DNA of 64,000 bases from Flavobacteriales bacterium. GTDB lineage: Bacteria; Bacteroidota; Bacteroidia; Flavobacteriales; UBA7312. The notes under the pieces were generated by a model. It searched no databases, was not told the origin of the DNA, and saw only the letters and a program-made list of their open reading frames with translations. The translations under genes were made by a program, and so were the position numbers. The stretch lies in the NCBI GenBank assembly GCA_965277895.1, contig CBDIDR010000001.1:128074-192073 (forward strand), given 5' to 3'. This document shows, one piece after another, positions 58,194-64,000 of this stretch. Every line of letters begins with the position of its first letter. Position 1 is the first letter of the stretch.

Positions 58194-59372
58194 ATGTCAA
58201 CAGATTTATTTCAAGCACCTGACTATTTTCAACTCGATGACTTACTGACTGAAGAGCACAAACTCGTTCGTGATGCAGCACGTGATTGGGTTAAAAGAGA
58301 GGTATCACCAATAATAGAAGAAAGTTGTCAAAAAGCTGAGTTTCCTAGTCATCTTATTTCAGGATTAGCAGAAATTGGTGCCTTTGGCCCATATATTCCT
58401 GTTGAATACGGAGGTGCTGGACTTGACCAAATTTCATACGGACTGATTATGCAAGAGCTGGAAAGAGGCGATAGTGGAATTCGTTCAACAGCATCTGTTC
58501 AATCCTCATTAGTAATGTATCCTATATACAAATACGGCAACGAGGAGCAACGTCAGAAATACTTGCCAAAATTAGCAAGTGGCGAAATGGTAGGTTGTTT
58601 TGGCTTAACCGAACCTGATTTTGGTTCCAATCCTGGAGGGATGGTAACTAATTTCAAAGACATGGGTGATCATTACTTGCTTAACGGAGCAAAGCTTTGG
58701 ATATCCAATTCTCCTTTTGCAGACATTGCTATTGTTTGGGCTAAGAATGAAGATGGACGAATTAAAGGACTTATTGTTGAAAGAGGAATGGAAGGCTTTT
58801 CAACTCCAGAGACTCACAACAAGTGGAGCTTAAGAGCTTCAGCTACTGGTGAATTGGTATTTGACAATGTTAAAGTACCAAAGGAAAATCTATTGCCAAA
58901 TAAAGATGGCTTAGGAGCACCACTAGGATGTTTAGATTCAGCACGATACGGTATCGCTTGGGGAACTATCGGTGCAGCAATGGATTGCTACGATACAGCG
59001 CTCAGATATTCTAAACAACGCATTCAGTTTGGCAAGCCTATTGCTGGCTTTCAGCTTCAACAAAAGAAGTTAGCTGAAATGATTACTGAAATTACAAAAG
59101 CACAGTTTATTACATGGAGATTGGGTGTTCTTCGTAATGAAGGTAGAGCAACGTCTGCTCAAATATCAATGTGTAAAAGAAATAATGTAGATATGGCACT
59201 AAAGATTGCTCGTGATGCTCGACAAATGTTGGGTGGTATGGGAATCACTGGCGAGTATCCTATTATGCGTCATATGATGAATTTAGAGTCTGTAGTTACT
59301 TATGAAGGTACGCACGACATTCATTTACTTATCACTGGCTTAGACATCACTGGTGAAAACGCTTTTGTATAA
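58194..59372 (+). CDS. Acyl-CoA dehydrogenase (glutaryl-CoA dehydrogenase-like)
   Basis: GCFGLTEPDFGSNPGGM..WISNSP..YEGTHDIH pattern typical of GcdH-type ACADs. Confidence 0.85.
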   Translation: MSTDLFQAPDYFQLDDLLTEEHKLVRDAARDWVKREVSPIIEESCQKAEFPSHLISGLAEIGAFGPYIPVEYGGAGLDQISYGLIMQELERGDSGIRSTASVQSSLVMYPIYKYGNEEQRQKYLPKLASGEMVGCFGLTEPDFGSNPGGMVTNFKDMGDHYLLNGAKLWISNSPFADIAIVWAKNEDGRIKGLIVERGMEGFSTPETHNKWSLRASATGELVFDNVKVPKENLLPNKDGLGAPLGCLDSARYGIAWGTIGAAMDCYDTALRYSKQRIQFGKPIAGFQLQQKKLAEMITEITKAQFITWRLGVLRNEGRATSAQISMCKRNNVDMALKIARDARQMLGGMGITGEYPIMRHMMNLESVVTYEGTHDIHLLITGLDITGENAFV

Positions 59373-59391
59373 AAACTAATAATACACTAAT

Positions 59392-59420
59392 AAAAAAGCT
59401 CGCAAATGCGAGCTTTTTTT
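59392..59420. terminator. Bidirectional Rho-independent terminator between the ACAD gene and nrdA
   Basis: aaaaaagctcgc-aaat-gcgagcttttttt: a GC-rich stem flanked by an A run and a T run. Confidence 0.8.
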
Positions 59421-59443
59421 ATGACTAACTAAATCGTGTTTCT

Positions 59444-61831
59444 TTATGAACCACAAGCTATACAATCGTCTGGATTGTCAATTGAACACGCAATGGCTTC
59501 TTCAGAAGTATACTCTCCTTCTTTGTTAGCAACAACTGGTTCGAGTTGAGATTTAGCTTGTTTTTGTACAGTAAACTGTATCGCCTGAGTAGCCGCTTTG
59601 GTTCTTAAGTAATACATTCCTGTTTTGAGACCTTTCTCCCAAGCGTAGAAATGCATTGACGTAATCTTACCAATATTAGGCTGATCAATAAATAAGTTTA
59701 ACGATTGAGACTGGTCAATGAAGTGTCCTCTATCTGCTGACATATCAATGATATCTCTCATCTTAATTTCCCAAACTGTTTTGTAAAGGGCTTTAATGTT
59801 ATCAGGAATTGATTCAATGCCTTGAATAGAACCATTAGCCTTAATGATTTCGTTTTTCATATCGTCATTCCATAAGCCTAACTGTACTAAATCTAATAGT
59901 AAGTGTTTGTTTACTACAACAAACTCACCTGATAATACACGTCTTGTGTAAATGTTTGAGGTGTAAGGCTCAAAGCATTCGTTATTTCCTAAGATTTGAG
60001 AAGTAGATGCTGTTGGCATAGGTGCTAACAATAAGCTATTACGTACACCGTTTTCCTTTATCTGATTTCTCAGTTCACCCCAAGCCCATCTTCCGCTTAA
60101 CTCTTCGTCTTTCTTGCCCCATAAGTTGTGCTGGAACAAACCTTGCGAGATTGGAGAACCCTCATAAGTTTGGTATGCTCCCTCTTCTTTGGCTGACTCC
60201 ATTGATGATGTAAGAGCAGCAAAATAGATGGTTTCAAAAATTTCTTCATTCAACACTTTCGCTTCTGGAGAATCGAAAGGTAAACGCAGTTTGATGAATG
60301 CATCTGCTAAACCTTGTACGCCGAGCCCTACTGGTCTGTGACGCATGTTAGAGTTTTTAGCTTCTGCAACTGGGTAATAATTTCTATCAATTACTTTGTT
60401 TAAGTTTTTAGTAATTACACGAGTAATGTTATATAACTTTTCGTGGTCAAAAACATTTTTCTCTTCATCAATAAACATTGGTAATGCAATTGAGGCTAGG
60501 TTACAAACAGCAACCTCATCTGGAGCAGTGTACTCGATAATTTCGGTACAAAGGTTTGACGAACGGATAGTCCCTAAATTCTTTTGGTTAGACTTCTCGT
60601 TACAAGCGTCTTTGTATAGAATGTAAGGTGTGCCTGTCTCAACTTGAGACTCAACTACTTTTTCCCACAATTCTCTTGCTCTAATCGTCTTTCTACCCTT
60701 TCCTGCCTTCTCGTATTTTTTATATAATTTCTCGAAGTCTTTCCCGTAAGTATCTGCTAAACCTGGACACTCGTTTGGACACATTAAAGTCCAATCAGCA
60801 TCGTCTTTAACTCTTTGCATGAATAAATCTGGAGCCCATAAAGCAAAGAATAAATCTCTTGCCCTCATTTCTTCCTTACCATGATTTTTTCTTAAATCTA
60901 AGAAATCAAAAATATCAGCATGCCAAGGTTCTAAGTAAATGGCAAATGAGCCTTTACGCTTACCACCACCTTGATCAACGTAACGTGCAGTATCGTTAAA
61001 CACTCTTAGCATGGGAACAATTCCGTTAGACGTTCCGTTAGTTCCTCTAATATAGGAACCGGTGGCTCTTACATTGTGAATGCTTAAACCAATACCGCCC
61101 GCAGATTGAGAGATTTTTGCACACTGCTTAAGTGTATCATAAATACCATCAATACTATCGTCTTTCATAGTTAAGAGAAAGCAAGACGACATTTGAGGCT
61201 TAGGCGTACCTGCATTGAACAATGTAGGGGTAGCGTGGGTAAAGTATTTCTGCGACATCAACTCATAGGTCTCAATTGCAGACTGTATGTCTTCTTTATG
61301 AATACCAATAGCTACACGCATAAGCATGTGCTGTGGTCTTTCAGCAATTTTTCCGTTTAACCTCAAAAGGTATGAACGCTCTAGTGTTTTGAAGCCAAAG
61401 TAGTCGTAACAAAAGTCTCTATCGTAAATGATAGTAGAATCTAAAAGCTCTGCATTCTTCTTTATAATTTTGATAACATCATCAGCAATTAGCGGTGCTT
61501 TCTTGCCTGTCTTTGGATTAACGTAGTTGTATAAATCTACCATCGTTTCAGAAAACGACTTCTTAGTGTCCTTGTGTAGGTTTGAAACCGAGATTCTGGA
61601 AGCTAATAATGCATAATCAGGGTGACGCGTTGTCATTGAAGCAGAAACCTCAGCAGCTAAATTATCAAGCTCCGAAGTGGTTACTCCTTCATAAATCCCC
61701 TCTATTACTTTCATAGCAACAGCGGTTGGTTCTACCAAATCGCTAAAGCCATAGCATAATTTTTGTATTCGAGCCGTAATCTTATCAAACTTTATAGACT
61801 CTTTTCTTCCATCTCTTTTTACTACAAACAT
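59444..61831 (-). CDS. nrdA: Ribonucleoside-diphosphate reductase, alpha subunit (class Ia)
   Basis: ATP-cone N-terminus ([16 protein letters not shown]), SSNLCTEI catalytic segment, C-terminal CIACGS redox tail. Confidence 0.95.
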   Translation of the reverse strand: MFVVKRDGRKESIKFDKITARIQKLCYGFSDLVEPTAVAMKVIEGIYEGVTTSELDNLAAEVSASMTTRHPDYALLASRISVSNLHKDTKKSFSETMVDLYNYVNPKTGKKAPLIADDVIKIIKKNAELLDSTIIYDRDFCYDYFGFKTLERSYLLRLNGKIAERPQHMLMRVAIGIHKEDIQSAIETYELMSQKYFTHATPTLFNAGTPKPQMSSCFLLTMKDDSIDGIYDTLKQCAKISQSAGGIGLSIHNVRATGSYIRGTNGTSNGIVPMLRVFNDTARYVDQGGGKRKGSFAIYLEPWHADIFDFLDLRKNHGKEEMRARDLFFALWAPDLFMQRVKDDADWTLMCPNECPGLADTYGKDFEKLYKKYEKAGKGRKTIRARELWEKVVESQVETGTPYILYKDACNEKSNQKNLGTIRSSNLCTEIIEYTAPDEVAVCNLASIALPMFIDEEKNVFDHEKLYNITRVITKNLNKVIDRNYYPVAEAKNSNMRHRPVGLGVQGLADAFIKLRLPFDSPEAKVLNEEIFETIYFAALTSSMESAKEEGAYQTYEGSPISQGLFQHNLWGKKDEELSGRWAWGELRNQIKENGVRNSLLLAPMPTASTSQILGNNECFEPYTSNIYTRRVLSGEFVVVNKHLLLDLVQLGLWNDDMKNEIIKANGSIQGIESIPDNIKALYKTVWEIKMRDIIDMSADRGHFIDQSQSLNLFIDQPNIGKITSMHFYAWEKGLKTGMYYLRTKAATQAIQFTVQKQAKSQLEPVVANKEGEYTSEEAIACSIDNPDDCIACGS

Positions 61832-61864
61832 CCCTTTTGCTTTTTACTTGTTAAGTAACTTATT

Positions 61865-62848
61865 TTAAAAATCGTCGTCAAACGAAAAATTATCTTTTGA
61901 ATCAGATGAATCACCTAAAACTCCTGCTTTTTGGTAATCTCCTACTCTTTTTTCAAAGAAATTAGTTTTCCCTTCTAAGGAAATCATTTCCATGAAATCA
62001 AATGGGTTTTCAGAATTATAAACCTTCTCGCAACCTAATTCCACTAGCAGACGGTCAGTTACAAACTCTAAATACTTGGTCATTAAATCCGAATTCATAC
62101 CAATTAATTTTACTGGTAAAGATTCAATTATAAATTCTCTTTCAATGTTTAATGCATCTACTATTATCTCTTTTATTCTTTCTTTGGGAACCTTATTAAT
62201 CAGGTGGTTATTATGCAAATGACATGCAAAGTCACAGTGCAAACCTTCATCTCTACTTATAAGCTCGTTTGAGAATGTTAGACCTGGCATTAAACCTCTT
62301 TTCTTAAGCCAGAAAATAGAACAAAAGGAACCTGAGAAGAAGATCCCTTCAACAGCTGCAAAGGCAACGAGTCTTTCGGCAAAAGAATCGCTTTCAATCC
62401 ATTTGATTGCCCACTCTGCTTTTTTCTTAATAGCATCAAAATGTTCTATTGCTGTAAAAAGCTGATTTCTTTCTTTCTTGTCTTTAATGTAAGTGTCGAT
62501 TAATAAAGAATAGGTTTCAGAATGGATATTCTCCATCATAATTTGAAAACCGTAAAAGAACTTTGCCTCAGTGTACTGAACTTCATTCACAAAGTTCTCG
62601 GCTAAGTTCTCATTTACAATCCCATCACTGGCTGCAAAAAACGCCAAAATATGCTTGATAAAATAACGTTCATCATCATTCAATTTTGATTCCCAGTCAA
62701 CCAAGTCTTGATGCAAATCAATCTCCTCAGCTGTCCAAAAACTAGCTTCCTGTTTCTTATACCATTTCCAAATATCATCGTGTTCTATTGGAAATAAAAC
62801 GTAGCGGTTAGCGTTATCTTGCAGTATGGGTTCAATAGCTGTTGCCAT
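61865..62848 (-). CDS. nrdB: Ribonucleoside-diphosphate reductase, beta subunit
   Basis: Di-iron and radical-site motifs ([31 protein letters not shown]) and the acidic C-terminal tail FSFDDDF. Confidence 0.95.
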   Translation of the reverse strand: MATAIEPILQDNANRYVLFPIEHDDIWKWYKKQEASFWTAEEIDLHQDLVDWESKLNDDERYFIKHILAFFAASDGIVNENLAENFVNEVQYTEAKFFYGFQIMMENIHSETYSLLIDTYIKDKKERNQLFTAIEHFDAIKKKAEWAIKWIESDSFAERLVAFAAVEGIFFSGSFCSIFWLKKRGLMPGLTFSNELISRDEGLHCDFACHLHNNHLINKVPKERIKEIIVDALNIEREFIIESLPVKLIGMNSDLMTKYLEFVTDRLLVELGCEKVYNSENPFDFMEMISLEGKTNFFEKRVGDYQKAGVLGDSSDSKDNFSFDDDF

Positions 62849-63216
62849 TCTTCATTTTAAAATTTAGCGAAAGGTTTTCCTAGAGAAAATTTTGATTTCT
62901 CCTCCTTTCAGGTTAGCTTTACATTTTACGGGATTTACTCCTAAAACAAAACCAATTCAACGTTGTAAATTCAAACAGTGCGTTTGATATATGAATTAGC
63001 TCACAACAAATGTTTCAAAAAAAAAAGACGAAAGCAATTCAATTTTATTCACAATAAATTCAAGTTGTTAACAGTCCTCTATTTTTTTTATTTCAAAAAA
63101 AATATGCTTAATCGAGCAAGTCAAAAGTTTTCAAAAAGTCAAGATTTTTTTCAAAAAAAAATGGATGTCATTTTGCAAATTGAAAAGTTGAAAACTGAAA
63201 AACCATTTGCAATTGG

Positions 63217-63789
63217 TTAGCGTTTTTTTAAAAGTTTATCAGCTTCACATAACTCTTTAAACCATTTTTCTCCATACTGTCGGATAAGCGGTTCTTTGAG
63301 AAAACGAAAGACTGGAAGCTGTAATTTTTCACCACACTCACAGGCGGGTTTACATATATCTATGGCTTCATAATTGACTGCATCAAAGTCTTTATATTTC
63401 TCTATTCTTATCGGGAACAGATGACAGGAAATGGGTTTTTTAAAGTCGATTTTTCCGTCATTATACGTCTGCTCGATACTACACTTTGCTATTCCATCAA
63501 CATCAAATGAAACAAATGCACATTCGTTATTATTTATTAAGGGAGTTGTGTTATCACCATCTGAATCGACAACATAAAAGCCTTGTTCTTCAATGGCATC
63601 AATCCCTTCTTGACGCATGTATGGTTTTACCTCATCAAAAATTTCAGACAACACTGAAAGCTCATCGTCATTCAACGGGGCTCCAGCATCTCCATCCACG
63701 CAGCACGCTCCTTTACATGCTGATAAGTCGCAAGCAAATTGTCTGTCAAATACGTCTAATGAAATAATCTTGTCTTCAATCTGAACCAT
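63217..63789 (-). CDS. Cysteine-rich protein (DUF3109-like)
   Basis: CDLSACKGACCVDGDAGAPL plus further Cys clusters (CAFV, CSIE, CHLFP, CKPACECG). Start at MVQIEDK preferred over the longer ORF. Confidence 0.6.
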   Translation of the reverse strand: MVQIEDKIISLDVFDRQFACDLSACKGACCVDGDAGAPLNDDELSVLSEIFDEVKPYMRQEGIDAIEEQGFYVVDSDGDNTTPLINNNECAFVSFDVDGIAKCSIEQTYNDGKIDFKKPISCHLFPIRIEKYKDFDAVNYEAIDICKPACECGEKLQLPVFRFLKEPLIRQYGEKWFKELCEADKLLKKR

Positions 63790-63836
63790 CATTACAAAGA
63801 TAACGAAAGAGGATGTATAAATGTAATGAATATGTG

Positions 63837-63844
63837 TATTTTTG
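63837..63844 (+). promoter_or_regulatory. -7 promoter box (TATTTTTG) for glyQS
   Basis: Perfect TAnnTTTG ending 4 nt before the ATG at 63849. Confidence 0.45.
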
Positions 63845-63848
63845 CGAC

Positions 63849-64000
63849 ATGGCAAATTATGAAGAGGTATTTAAAAAAGTCGTTGCTCATGCTAAAGAAT
63901 ATGGGTTCATTTTTCAATCCAGCGAACTGTATGACGGACTAGCGGCAGTGTATGATTATGGTCCAAATGGATCTGAGCTCAAAAACAATATTCGTAACTA
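63849..64000 (+). CDS. glyQS: Glycine--tRNA ligase (dimeric type); only the 5' end lies in the window
   Basis: My translation [50 protein letters not shown] matches the conserved GlyRS N-terminus. Absent from the ORF track because it runs off the window. Confidence 0.85.
   Translation, partial: MANYEEVFKKVVAHAKEYGFIFQSSELYDGLAAVYDYGPNGSELKNNIRN

Noticed and set aside
62849-63216. Cobalamin riboswitch or NrdR boxes upstream of nrdB
   Set aside because: I looked for a B12-box-like core and for 16-bp NrdR-type palindromes. Only a weak AT-rich pseudo-palindrome (ttcatatatcaa) is present. This is not enough to call either.
62978-63220. 80-aa Lys/Phe-rich ORF (GTG start) in the nrdB upstream region
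   Set aside because: Its sequence is just the translation of A- and T-homopolymer tracts. It has an alternative start codon, lacks a -7 box and looks like no protein family. The region is treated as non-coding leader instead.

Overview
The window reads as densely packed core chromosome of a Bacteroidota bacterium, probably a Flavobacteriia-type marine or freshwater lineage. Evidence for that placement: perfect TAnnTTTG -7 promoter boxes in front of many operons, no obvious Shine-Dalgarno sequences, T9SS C-terminal sorting domains, a PorP/SprF gene and long-form IspG. I call about 57 protein genes, two of them cut by the window edges, plus one tRNA-Ser(GGA).

Most genes are housekeeping:
- Amino acid and central metabolism: kbl, gdhA, ansA, kynA, a DAHP synthase/chorismate mutase fusion, a glutaryl-CoA-dehydrogenase-like enzyme.
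- Envelope: kdsB, a GT9 glycosyltransferase, uppP, an O-antigen-ligase-like protein, alr, ftsX, a LolE-like permease, an S41 peptidase, an M23 peptidase.
- Translation and RNA modification: leuS, glyQS, rbfA, rnpA, truB, queA, rlmN, rsmI, rluF, dusB.
- Isoprenoid synthesis: ispG, ispD, a polyprenyl synthase.
- Replication and nucleotide supply: dnaG, recJ, tdk, nrdA, nrdB.
- Outer-membrane energy transduction: a TonB-dependent receptor and an ExbB/ExbD cluster.

I see no rRNA, CRISPR array, transposase, integrase, or recognisable defence or toxin genes. I do not see a convincing novel multi-gene system. The items most worth a second look are modest:
1. A 19-bp duplication of the tRNA-Ser 3' end, which looks like an att-site scar.
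2. A decayed locus joining a nonsense-mutated dprA N-terminus to the tail of a T9SS cargo gene.
3. An orphan lipoprotein gene split by a frameshift, lying between dnaG and recJ.
4. A T9SS module of type-B cargo, PorP/SprF and a PorE-like OmpA protein.
5. A T9SS-secreted PNGase F-like protein.
6. Promoter geometry at several genes that implies leaderless mRNAs.
7. A 368-bp homopolymer-rich leader upstream of nrdBA.

All calls rest on reading the sequence and on remembered family signatures; no searches were run.
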